In this document: positions 55,794 through 64,000 of the stretch, one piece after another
How positions within the stretch are numbered: the first letter of the stretch is position 1
Layout: each line of letters starts with the position of its first letter
DNA from: Candidatus Saccharimonadia bacterium
GTDB lineage: Bacteria > Patescibacteriota > Saccharimonadia > UBA4664
NCBI GenBank assembly: GCA_041743505.1
Contig: JBGTMQ010000003.1
Coordinates: 89,148 to 153,147 of the forward strand
DNA: 64,000 nucleotides
Direction of reading: 5' to 3'
Made by a program: the position numbers and the translations under genes
The notes under the pieces: model-generated
Seen by the model: only the letters and a program-made list of their open reading frames with translations
The model's database searches: none
Told to the model about the DNA's origin: nothing

Positions 55794-56057
55794 TTGTGGA
55801 TGACAAATGAAAGCAACTTAGAAGATTACGAGATCTTCTACATGGAAATCCCCCGCCGGACTGAGACTGATCCTTTGAACGACATCAGTACCGATATCCT
55901 GGACGAACACGAGACCATCGACTACAACGAGTTTCAAGGTCTCAGTGACGAGCAAGTTTCAGAAATAGCCCGGGACTCACTTGGAGACGTTGGTGAGCCA
56001 ACACCAAGCATTCAAGAAGAAGCAAAATTACACGCTCTAGATAACGAAACGAGCTAG
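55794..56057 (+). CDS. hypothetical small acidic protein
   Basis: 87 aa and D/E-rich. Strong terminator at 56061-56088 (AAACCCGCT/AGCGGGTTT + T6). Confidence 0.35.
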   Translation: MWMTNESNLEDYEIFYMEIPRRTETDPLNDISTDILDEHETIDYNEFQGLSDEQVSEIARDSLGDVGEPTPSIQEEAKLHALDNETS

Positions 56058-56205
56058 GCCAAACCCGCTTTTACCAGCGGGTTTTTTGGGGCTTGACTGT
56101 TCGGTATTAGTTCGGTATATTACCTGCATGAGGTGAGAACATTACACATTTAAGGTAGTCGTCTCGCAGTTTTAGATTAGGTCTGCGAGCGAAAGGAGTA
56201 ACATT

Positions 56206-56619
56206 ATGGCGGAATCCGTCGAACAATTACGTATTTACAAATCAGCCCGCGGGCTGGAGGACCAGGTTTACGAGCTGGTTAAGACCTTCCCCGCCGACCA
56301 GTTCTATGGCCTGGGCAATGACCTGCGCCGCTCAAGCGCAGCTGTCTCCCACTACATCATGGAGACCCATCGGCTCTTTAGCTACCGTCTCAAGCTAGAT
56401 GCCCTAGCCGGCGCCCGCCGGGAAGCCGAAGTCACTCAGAAGCACTTAGAAGCCGCCAAGGACCTTGGTGCTAGCGTTGATCTCATCAACGAGTACGTCG
56501 GGATCATCAAACAGTCCTGGGGTCTCACCAAGTGGCTCAAGACCAAGCTAGAAGAGCGCCAGGAAAAGGCCGAGGTTGCCGCCAAAGAAGAAATGGCCGG
56601 CATGACCGCCACAGCCTAG
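56206..56619 (+). CDS. four-helix-bundle protein (23S rRNA IVS protein / Avd-like family)
   Basis: LRIYKSARGLEDQVYELVKTFPADQFYGLGNDLRRSSAAVSHYIME matches the conserved IVS/Avd family signature. Confidence 0.6.
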   Translation: MAESVEQLRIYKSARGLEDQVYELVKTFPADQFYGLGNDLRRSSAAVSHYIMETHRLFSYRLKLDALAGARREAEVTQKHLEAAKDLGASVDLINEYVGIIKQSWGLTKWLKTKLEERQEKAEVAAKEEMAGMTATA

Positions 56620-56748
56620 GTCATATTACCCAAAATTCAAAGCGACAAGAGGCCAGGTCCTACCTGGCCTCTTGCGGTCGCGAGTGGCACCAAAGAAGAG
56701 CTCCCCCCGTTCGCTTCACAAGCGTGTAAATAACCCGAAGCAACAGAG

Positions 56749-58050
56749 CTAATTAAAATACCTTATTGTCCCAAACGGAATCTTATCCTTCATCGGGTTC
56801 TTGGACTTCAAAATAGCCACCGGCTGAAGCGTCAGTTCGCCATACTTGTCATTAACCAGGTTCATAGCATGCTCAATCCGGTCCAAGCGGACATCCTCAC
56901 TGTCATAGAGAGCCAACTGCTCAGTCTTAGCGGGCTCAAGCGCGTACGAAGTAATAACAAGTGTCGCTAGCGTTAAGCCCTCTGGGCTACGCCCAAACAG
57001 GTCAAGAGCCCGCCAATACAGCTGATCGGCCCGACGAACGGCGGTTTTGTACATCTTACGCTCGAACCAGCCGTAGTGTGACCCATAGCGCGATCCGTAG
57101 CGCGGCTGATAATGCCCCGGTTCGCTCTCCTGCGGACTTTCAACGTAGCTAAAATTAAGCATAAGACCTCGAGCCACCAGGTTGTTTTTTCGAAGACGCC
57201 GGGCCACCTTAGCACAGGCCTTGTACAAAAGCGTTGATATCTCCTCGGGATCCGAAGTACGGTGCTCCAACACGTAGTTACGCCCCACTGTACGAATACC
57301 ATACTCCACCTCCGTCTCGTAACCCCGCAGCTTCAAATACCAGTGGTGGCCGTTAATACTTTTATATACTTGCTTGGTCAGGACATGTTCCGGCGCTTGC
57401 AAAAACTCCAGCGGTGTATATATGCCCGCATCCGCCAAACGCACCCGCATTTTATTCTTGATATACGGCAACTCAGTCAACCGCATAAAGCCATAGGTAG
57501 CCTCTAGGTTATCAGGACCTATAACGTAAAGGCCGTCGGGCTTCATAAACCCAGCCGCCACCTTTGCCAGCCAGCGGTTTTGACCAATGCCGACATTAAC
57601 AGTCATGTAGTCTCCAACCTCATCACGAACCCGCTGCTTAACCTCATAGCCGATATCTTCCAGACTCCGTCCCTTCAACAAACCCCGCATACCCGTAAAA
57701 TCGATGATCCCTTCGTCGATACTTTTCATATAAGCCGTCGGCGAATAGCTCTGGAAGATGGCTTTCATCTGGTTATGAACGTACTGGTACTTGGGCGCGT
57801 CACTTTCGAGCATCACAAAGTTCGGCGCCAGCTGGCGCGCCTCCCGCAGCCGCGTCCCCAGGTTTATACCCAGCCGCTTAGCCTCATACGACGCGGTCAG
57901 ACAAATTGCATAATCATTAATCCGGTTGGTAACGCCCACCGGCTTGCCGCGCAATAGCGAATTGGCCTGCTGCTCCGTCATGGCAAAGGCCGAGTTAAGG
58001 TCAATGTGCATGATCTCGGGCGAAGCCGGGTTAATTCGCAACTCAACCAT
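56749..58050 (-). CDS. Y-family DNA polymerase (UmuC/DinB-like)
   Basis: HIDLNSAFAMTEQQANSLLRGKPVGV (compare DinB HVDMDCFFAAVE...GKPVAV) and the SIDEGIIDFTG catalytic block. Probable start MVELRIN is coupled to the upstream YolD-like stop. Confidence 0.7.
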   Translation of the reverse strand: MVELRINPASPEIMHIDLNSAFAMTEQQANSLLRGKPVGVTNRINDYAICLTASYEAKRLGINLGTRLREARQLAPNFVMLESDAPKYQYVHNQMKAIFQSYSPTAYMKSIDEGIIDFTGMRGLLKGRSLEDIGYEVKQRVRDEVGDYMTVNVGIGQNRWLAKVAAGFMKPDGLYVIGPDNLEATYGFMRLTELPYIKNKMRVRLADAGIYTPLEFLQAPEHVLTKQVYKSINGHHWYLKLRGYETEVEYGIRTVGRNYVLEHRTSDPEEISTLLYKACAKVARRLRKNNLVARGLMLNFSYVESPQESEPGHYQPRYGSRYGSHYGWFERKMYKTAVRRADQLYWRALDLFGRSPEGLTLATLVITSYALEPAKTEQLALYDSEDVRLDRIEHAMNLVNDKYGELTLQPVAILKSKNPMKDKIPFGTIRYFN

Positions 58051-58303
58051 AAAAGACCTCCTTGAGTGTCCACTCAAGCGAATCCGGATCAAGCTCCACC
58101 CGGAATTTGGTATCATCACAGGTAAATTCAAAGATATGCACCCGCTTCACCCCCCGCCGCGCCGGATGGTAAAGACCCATGGTAGCAAGCTTATACCGCT
58201 TCCCTCTCCAGCCCATTGCATGCGGAGTAATCCGAACGGTGCGCTGCGGAGTCATCACGAATGATGCCACCACGTTCACCTTTTCGTTGAATTCCTCACT
58301 CAT
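58043..58303 (-). CDS. YolD-like protein (UmuD-prime functional analog)
   Basis: Small protein directly upstream of, and translationally coupled to, the Y-family polymerase, as in the Bacillus yqjW-yqjX and uvrX-yolD pairs. Start taken at MSEEFNEK. Confidence 0.45.
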   Translation of the reverse strand: MSEEFNEKVNVVASFVMTPQRTVRITPHAMGWRGKRYKLATMGLYHPARRGVKRVHIFEFTCDDTKFRVELDPDSLEWTLKEVFYG

Positions 58304-58365
58304 CCTCGGCCCCTTTCTAAAGATGAGTTTATACCGAACGAATACCGAACACAAGCATGAGCAAG

Positions 58366-58971
58366 TTAGCGCTTGATCCCCAAAGCCTCCCAAACCCGGT
58401 CTGCCACCTCCTGAGTCGTTCCCTCAGCGTCAACTTCCAGTAGCACACCAAGCTCTGAGTAGAACTTAATAGCGGGCACAACATCCTTGTAATAAAATCT
58501 CCACCGCTCATCCTGCAGGTGGTGAGCATCATCCGCCCGCCCCCGGTCCGAGCTCCGGTTTCGAGACTCTTGCTCGCTAATATGCAAGAGAACCACGCGC
58601 TCAAGATAACGCCCCATGCCAGGCAATACATCAACCAGCCATCGGGCTTCCTCCAGCTTCTTTGCTCCATCAAATACAATCGTCTGCTCCACGGGAATGC
58701 TTTCCAGTTTGGTTTTCAGTAATCTCCGGACATCATCGGACGAGATCAGGGCACCACTGTCATGAACCGCCATGATACGAGGGTCATTTTCCGTCCGGAT
58801 CAAGTCCCCTACCGAAAAATAAACCGCTCCGAAATGCTCAGCTAGCATGCGCGTCTGGGTCCCTTTACCCGAGTTCGGCGGCCCCACTACCACGATCACC
58901 CGGCCGTTGGCCGAGCTTGGCTCAGTCAGCGCAGATAAGTGATTCTGTCTCTCACTAGCATCGTGAGGCAT
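58366..58971 (-). CDS. adenylate-kinase-like NMP kinase
   Basis: P-loop VVGPPNSGKGTQ (compare adenylate kinase GPPGAGKGTQ) with a short LID region. Confidence 0.55.
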   Translation of the reverse strand: MPHDASERQNHLSALTEPSSANGRVIVVVGPPNSGKGTQTRMLAEHFGAVYFSVGDLIRTENDPRIMAVHDSGALISSDDVRRLLKTKLESIPVEQTIVFDGAKKLEEARWLVDVLPGMGRYLERVVLLHISEQESRNRSSDRGRADDAHHLQDERWRFYYKDVVPAIKFYSELGVLLEVDAEGTTQEVADRVWEALGIKR

Positions 58972-59203
58972 ATAGATCCTTTCTCAACATGAGTATTTAG
59001 TTTCCCATTATAAGCATGCCAGAGGCACCCGACAAACATCGACTAATCTACTGCTTAGAAGGAGGGTAACAATTTAGTCTTAAAGAAAAATTGGTACATA
59101 GAGCCAACCAGTCGGAGCTAGACCAAGAATTAATGCCGCAATAGACCACTTGTGTCTTGACTTAGAGCTTGCGCTATCCTTTCAGCTCTGACAAGCTAAT
59201 GTT

Positions 59204-59419
59204 ATGACCGATATTTACATTGGCCTTTGGGTAATCGGCTGGCTACTCGCCGGACTTTATGTGTTGCAGGCGACAAAAAACAAGAGCCTTGACCCGCATT
59301 TACGGCCTCTGGCATATGTCTGCTTCATTGTCGCTGCCGGACCCTTTTTGGTGTGGCTTGCGTACTATGTCGCAGGCCTCATTTTGTTTATTTGGCCACG
59401 TGACTTCATTGCCCAATAA
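59204..59419 (+). CDS. hypothetical small membrane protein
   Basis: 71 aa with two TM helices. Confidence 0.3.
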   Translation: MTDIYIGLWVIGWLLAGLYVLQATKNKSLDPHLRPLAYVCFIVAAGPFLVWLAYYVAGLILFIWPRDFIAQ

Positions 59420-59438
59420 TAACTATTCTTTCAAAGAT

Positions 59439-59672
59439 TTAAGAGTTTAGCCAAATATATTGGTAATAATAAAACGCAGCTATCAAAAGCAGAAATGATA
59501 GCATTAATAAAGCGAACGGCCTCCACCGTAGAGTCTTTGTCTTCTGGAATCGCGTCAGACCCAAACCAAGCGAAACAGCACCACCCAAAAGAATAATACC
59601 AAGCAGAACAAGCTCTAAATATGTAGATGATTTCATATAAGCATTATAGGCGAATTTTAAAAAAGCGGCCAT
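59439..59672 (-). CDS. hypothetical small membrane protein
   Basis: 77 aa with two TM helices. Confidence 0.3.
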   Translation of the reverse strand: MAAFLKFAYNAYMKSSTYLELVLLGIILLGGAVSLGLGLTRFQKTKTLRWRPFALLMLSFLLLIAAFYYYQYIWLNS

Positions 59673-59701
59673 CGGGAGTATAACCCCGATGGCCGCACTT
59701 A

Positions 59702-61951
59702 CTAATCCCTTGCTCGAACAGCCTGCAAGACTCGCTTAGCTATCGCCTCCTGCCCAGATACGTTTGGATGGAAACTCTCTGCTTTTGGCAGTTTGGCAGA
59801 GTTGAGCCAAGGATCACGAGTGCAAAGCTCATGCCTCGCAAACGCGTCGTACACATCAACGTAGGTGAAGCCCGCGCTCCTAGCCGCCTTTTCAAGTGTG
59901 CGATTGAGGTCGGCAATTACACTATTGATCCACACCATGTCCCTTGGGTCAAAAAAGCGCTGCTGAATACCCGTACTACAGTGGGTGAATCGGTTAGGCG
60001 CGAAAAATCGCGGGTAGCCTACTACGAACACCTTTGCGTTAGGTGCTTTCTGTCGAATCTGGTAAAACAAATCGGGCAGGTTGTCATGACCTGTATGTTG
60101 ATTTGTACCCGTGGCCAAACTCGAGAGAGCGCTCTCGACAGCGGAGCCCCATACGTCTTGGCAAGTCTTGTCTAGTAGCCCTCGAAGCGAACAGTATTCT
60201 AGGACATCGCCAAAATGGACATTGTTGCCACCAATGGTCAAAGTAACAACTTTGACGTCTGGACCTAGCCAGTCAAGCTGTGCACTGCCTTCGCCAGGGT
60301 TTATCGGCCGCCTATACTTGTCGATATGGTTAGTGGGGTAAGGGGTGAAAAAATCCTTCACAATAGCCCCGCTGCATGCATGGAAACTGAACCGCTTGGC
60401 ACTAATCTTACTTGAGATTAGTGGACCATAAGCTGCATTGGAGCGGTGGCATCGATTGTCGGGAGAGTTCGTCCCCTTTAGGTAGCCACCTTTAGCAGGT
60501 GCACCTTCACCGGATGAGTACGAGTCACCCAATGCCACATAAGCTGGGTTGCTCGGACTCGGCGGAACTGGTGGTGGCGTAGTGCCTCCTCCGGTGCCCT
60601 TCCACAGCACCGTCTGCGGGTACTCCCCGGTCAAACCGGGCACGTTAAACGCATCTACGCTGTAGCTGCCTGATCCGGTTGCGATGCCACCGTCCTTATG
60701 CAGGAGTGACAAAACCGCCTTTCCAGGCACCAGCGTGAGACCCCTTAGACCCGACTGGCTCCAGCTCTGCTGGTTTGCAGAACTGTCACCTTTAAGAATG
60801 ATCGGGCTCTGAAGCGATCCGTCGGCAGCCAGGTGTGACACCTGAACACCCAAACAGCTATCCGACCACAAGTTGCAGTCGAAACCGAAGGTGATGGGAA
60901 CTATAACATGACCGGTGCCATCCACATGGACTGATTCAACGGTACGCACAAAGGTATCCGGAGGTGCAGCAATTGCCTTATGCCAGCCAGGCTGCCCTGA
61001 ACCATCAACATACTGGACATCCGCACCGCTAGATACGTGGCTGACAACCACAGCACCCCCATTGGGGGTAGCTGCCACGTATGGCCCGCCATAGTTACAG
61101 CGGGTGACGTGGGGCAATGTCTTGGTCCAAGCTACACCGGCCGGACCAAACTTGGTCAGCATGGTGTCGCCATTGGCATCCAAACAGCCCTCTGGTGTGA
61201 GCGTCTGCGTGTACCACACGACGAACAACTCACCTGTGGCCGAAGCCGCAACATCCCGGCCCACGGAGTCAACCGGAGCCGGTGAAGCTGTGAACGGTCC
61301 GCCGGCAAGCCGGCCGTCGTATCCGATGTACCACACACGGCCCGAACCACTATAGGCCACCAGTCCACGGTCATAAGCCAGCAGCTTGTCGCTACTGCCG
61401 TAGGCAAACCCATTAAGCAAGACACCAGCAAACAGTTCGTGACCGTCACTAGCGTCGTAGCCGTATAGCGTACTACCAACCGTACTATAAACCTGGCCGT
61501 TAGCTCCGACTGCCAGTTGGTAATCGACACCATCAGGCAGTGGCTTACTCCACTTCTCGCCTGAGCCGCTCGCTGCAATCAGCCGGGCTTGGCCGGTGCC
61601 GGGGTTCTGGACCCGGTAGGTGTTACCCGAAGCGTCCACTACCGGACCCGGACCAATGTAGTCCTGGTCCTGATAGCCGACATTCCAACTAGCTGTCCCA
61701 GTCGCATTAATACCGACCACAGCATCACCACCACTCGGCACCCCACCACTAGAGATGGCCGTGTTCACCACCACACCGCCATTCGGCTGAGGCGCCAAAG
61801 CAGCCCAGTGCCGCACCGGCACACTCCATGCCGCCCCATTCCCAAACGGGCTTGGTGCAGCTGTCGCAATACCTGGCACTAGCATCGACAACACCAGAGT
61901 ACACAAAAGCACCACGGTCAAAGACCCGGTGCTGCGGCGTGACCTAGTCAC
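59702..61951 (-). CDS. secreted multidomain protein: N-terminal beta-propeller-like repeat region plus C-terminal SGNH/GDSL hydrolase
   Basis: Signal peptide and repeated G/Y/W-rich blade-like segments. C-terminal VALGDSYSSGEG (GDS motif) with downstream Gly, Asn and DxxH blocks. Confidence 0.55.
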   Translation of the reverse strand: MTRSRRSTGSLTVVLLCTLVLSMLVPGIATAAPSPFGNGAAWSVPVRHWAALAPQPNGGVVVNTAISSGGVPSGGDAVVGINATGTASWNVGYQDQDYIGPGPVVDASGNTYRVQNPGTGQARLIAASGSGEKWSKPLPDGVDYQLAVGANGQVYSTVGSTLYGYDASDGHELFAGVLLNGFAYGSSDKLLAYDRGLVAYSGSGRVWYIGYDGRLAGGPFTASPAPVDSVGRDVAASATGELFVVWYTQTLTPEGCLDANGDTMLTKFGPAGVAWTKTLPHVTRCNYGGPYVAATPNGGAVVVSHVSSGADVQYVDGSGQPGWHKAIAAPPDTFVRTVESVHVDGTGHVIVPITFGFDCNLWSDSCLGVQVSHLAADGSLQSPIILKGDSSANQQSWSQSGLRGLTLVPGKAVLSLLHKDGGIATGSGSYSVDAFNVPGLTGEYPQTVLWKGTGGGTTPPPVPPSPSNPAYVALGDSYSSGEGAPAKGGYLKGTNSPDNRCHRSNAAYGPLISSKISAKRFSFHACSGAIVKDFFTPYPTNHIDKYRRPINPGEGSAQLDWLGPDVKVVTLTIGGNNVHFGDVLEYCSLRGLLDKTCQDVWGSAVESALSSLATGTNQHTGHDNLPDLFYQIRQKAPNAKVFVVGYPRFFAPNRFTHCSTGIQQRFFDPRDMVWINSVIADLNRTLEKAARSAGFTYVDVYDAFARHELCTRDPWLNSAKLPKAESFHPNVSGQEAIAKRVLQAVRARD

Positions 61952-62132
61952 GACCCCCTCCTTAACATGAGTAGGCTAAAACTGTGAATGAACTTAGAAC
62001 TTGGCAATGATACACTAAAAATCGGAACATGTCAATAAATGCCATGGATATAGCCACGTTTCGGCACTTATCCCCCAATATCGCCTCAGTTTTCCACTGG
62101 CCAAATTAATAGTCATATGACAAGATGTTGTC

Positions 62133-62579
62133 ATGAAATGTCCGTTTTGTCGTGAAACCACCACCGAAGTTTATAATTCCCGTGATACCAGGTTTGGCAC
62201 CCAAATCTGGCGTCGCCGCCGCTGCACCAGCTGCCACGAGTCATTCACTACCTACGAAGCCCCGGACCTCGGCTTCCTCAAGATCGTCAAAAAATCTGGC
62301 AAAAAACAACGTTACTCCCGCGCCAAACTCTACTCAGGCATCTATGGCGCCTTTCTCTCCATCCCCGCCAAGGAAACCACCGTCGATGCTATCACCGATA
62401 CCATCGAGGCCAAACTGCTCGACACCAAGCAGCGCGAGCTCACCACCCAAGCCATCGCCCGCGTTGTTCTCATCACCCTCAAGCACTTCAACACTGCTGC
62501 CTTCCTGCGCTACCTCTCCTACCAAACCGACCTGGCCAACGACGCCCAGCTCAAGAAGGAGCTAAAAAAGTACCAGTAA
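62133..62579 (+). CDS. nrdR: transcriptional repressor NrdR
   Basis: MKCPFC...CTSCHESFTTYE zinc ribbon followed by an ATP-cone. Confidence 0.85.
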   Translation: MKCPFCRETTTEVYNSRDTRFGTQIWRRRRCTSCHESFTTYEAPDLGFLKIVKKSGKKQRYSRAKLYSGIYGAFLSIPAKETTVDAITDTIEAKLLDTKQRELTTQAIARVVLITLKHFNTAAFLRYLSYQTDLANDAQLKKELKKYQ

Positions 62580-62647
62580 CCGGCAGCCATATTAAAAATA
62601 CCGGTCTGCAGGATTACCCACAGACCGGTCAAATCGAACCTGTCGCC

Positions 62648-63088
62648 TTACCCACCCAACTGCGGATACACGATAAGAATCGGATAAATAACCACGGTCG
62701 CCAGAAACACAATAAACACCCCACCGGCCGCCAAATGCTTTATGCGTCTAATGCCAAGATTGAACCGGTTCTCAACGATCCAATCGCAAATTGCCTCCTG
62801 GGTCGTATTCTGCGACTCCGCATACCAACCCCAAAAGACCAATAGGAGAAAGATAACCCAGTTAAGCGGCCCGAAACCGGCTATCAAACCGCCGGCTGCC
62901 AACAGCGCGCCCAAGCCCAACTGATACCGCACCGGCCGGCAATTACGCAGCAGGTACCAGAAACCGTCCCACGAGTCCTGAGCCGCCCTCAGATCCCGGG
63001 CCAGACCTTTCTCGGGCCTGCCCAGAAAATATTCCTGCCCGCAGGTTGTCTTGGTTTTAGGTGCATCTGAACTCGGGTCGGTATTCAC
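62648..63088 (-). CDS. hypothetical membrane protein
   Basis: 146 aa with 3-4 TM helices. Confidence 0.35.
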   Translation of the reverse strand: MNTDPSSDAPKTKTTCGQEYFLGRPEKGLARDLRAAQDSWDGFWYLLRNCRPVRYQLGLGALLAAGGLIAGFGPLNWVIFLLLVFWGWYAESQNTTQEAICDWIVENRFNLGIRRIKHLAAGGVFIVFLATVVIYPILIVYPQLGG

Positions 63089-63208
63089 GGTTACCCTATC
63101 CTTCCACGAACGAGTTGGTCAGAATAGGCCCCAGTATACTCCAATGCTCGCAGCAAGCCAAAAAACCGGGCCGATTGGCCCGGTTTCCCGTATTCACACT
63201 AGAGTATG

Positions 63209-63895
63209 TTACTTTTTGTCGCGGCGGTCCTTATCGCCCTCGTTTTCTTCAGATACCACAATTGGCTCATCATCACGGGCGCCTTCCGGCACTTCCTCGC
63301 CCACGGCCTCATCCAGCTCAGCCATCTCCTCGTCACTACGTGGCGGCTCTACCTTCGCCACCAAGGTCTCGACGTCCTCAATGGTCAGCTTCACCCCCTG
63401 AGGCACTTTCAAATCAGCCACAGTGATGGTCTTCTCAAAGTCATCCAGCACTGAGATATCAACCTCCAGCGATTCTGGCAAGTCACCTGGCAGACATTCC
63501 ACCTCGATTATTTCCAGGTTCTTTACCAGCGTACCTTCGCCCTGGTAAACCGCTGTCGACTCGCCCACATAATGCAGTGGAACCTCAGCTTTTAGCTCCT
63601 CATCCATGCGTACCAGATAGAAGTCCACGTGCGTCAGGCCACCCTTAACGGGCTCACGCTGCACATCAGTCATCAGTACATTCTTGGCCCGGCCCTCACC
63701 CACCTTCAGCGCCACGATCTTGTTGCCGCCGGCCATACGATAGGCCTTCTCGACCTCCTTAGCCTCAAGTGTCAATGATTCCGGCTCGGAGCCGTGACCA
63801 TAAGCCACAGCCGGAAGCTTGCCTTGTTCACGGAGCTTAGCCGCCTTTTTACCATGAACAGAACGGATCGTAGCGGCGAGTGTAATCTTTTCCAT
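63209..63895 (-). CDS. rplY: 50S ribosomal protein L25/general stress protein Ctc
   Basis: N-terminal L25 beta-barrel (ATIRSVHGKKAAKLREQGKLPAVAYGHG) plus a Ctc-type C-terminal extension. Confidence 0.8.
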   Translation of the reverse strand: MEKITLAATIRSVHGKKAAKLREQGKLPAVAYGHGSEPESLTLEAKEVEKAYRMAGGNKIVALKVGEGRAKNVLMTDVQREPVKGGLTHVDFYLVRMDEELKAEVPLHYVGESTAVYQGEGTLVKNLEIIEVECLPGDLPESLEVDISVLDDFEKTITVADLKVPQGVKLTIEDVETLVAKVEPPRSDEEMAELDEAVGEEVPEGARDDEPIVVSEENEGDKDRRDKK

Positions 63896-64000
63896 GCGTA
63901 ATACTCCTGCTCAATAGAAAATTATTTAGACTTTTTTGCAAATGATTTCGACTTGGTAACCCAGCGATGAAACTCAGCAATCTCTGAAGCGCTGATAGCG

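Noticed and set aside
56206-56619. Possible diversity-generating retroelement, because of the Avd-like four-helix-bundle protein.
   Set aside because: No reverse transcriptase gene and no template/variable repeat pair are visible within several kb. Only the accessory-protein family is present.
1-64000. CRISPR arrays, integrases, transposases or IS elements that would define mobile-element boundaries.
   Set aside because: No direct-repeat/spacer periodicity was found. No tyrosine/serine recombinase or DDE transposase motifs were recognised in any ORF. The proposed islets therefore remain inferences from GC content and tRNA/tmRNA adjacency.

Overview
This 64-kb window is a bacterial chromosomal segment. 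Its coding density is high and its GC content is roughly 55%. It has a Gram-positive/CPR-like flavour: GatD-MurT, SipW-TasA, YolD-UmuC, a T-box-like leader and many TrmB regulators. Housekeeping content includes infC-rpmI-rplT, rpmB, rplY, thrS, miaA, pyrB, dut, rnhA, nrdR, comM and three tRNAs (Pro-GGG, Val-GAC, Val-CAC). I identified three universal structured RNAs by reading motifs directly: tmRNA (ssrA, minus strand, about 3703-4078), RNase P RNA (rnpB, minus strand, about 18894-19295) and a probable SRP RNA domain near 9495-9620. Several six-frame ORFs are therefore spurious. Accessory content is concentrated next to tRNA and tmRNA 3' ends. First, a low-GC single-gene OLD-family ABC-ATPase-TOPRIM nuclease (Class-1 OLD / fused PARIS-like) lies beside ssrA. 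Second, a low-GC islet (hypothetical, Pol-beta nucleotidyltransferase, NADAR) abuts tRNA-Pro. Third, a tandem pair of unusual proteins built from about five excisionase-type HTH repeats, with duplicated promoter and 5'UTR, abuts tRNA-Val. Other notable items are a SipW signal peptidase with a long C-terminal extension next to a TasA/camelysin-like secreted protein, an alkyltransferase-like (ATL) protein with the Cys-to-Trp active-site substitution, and an NlpC/P60 hydrolase interrupted by a single in-frame UGA. There is also a T-box-like attenuator leader upstream of mazG-thrS, a YolD-like plus Y-family polymerase cassette beside an Avd-like four-helix-bundle protein, and a local family of GGCCGCA(A/G)G palindromic terminators with an exactly duplicated copy after two tandem paralogous membrane-protein genes. 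Cell-envelope clusters include GT4 pairs, a polyprenyl-phosphate sugar transferase and pgeF-gatD-murT. No CRISPR array, integrase or transposase was recognisable. All calls come from manual motif reading without database searches, and confidences are set accordingly.
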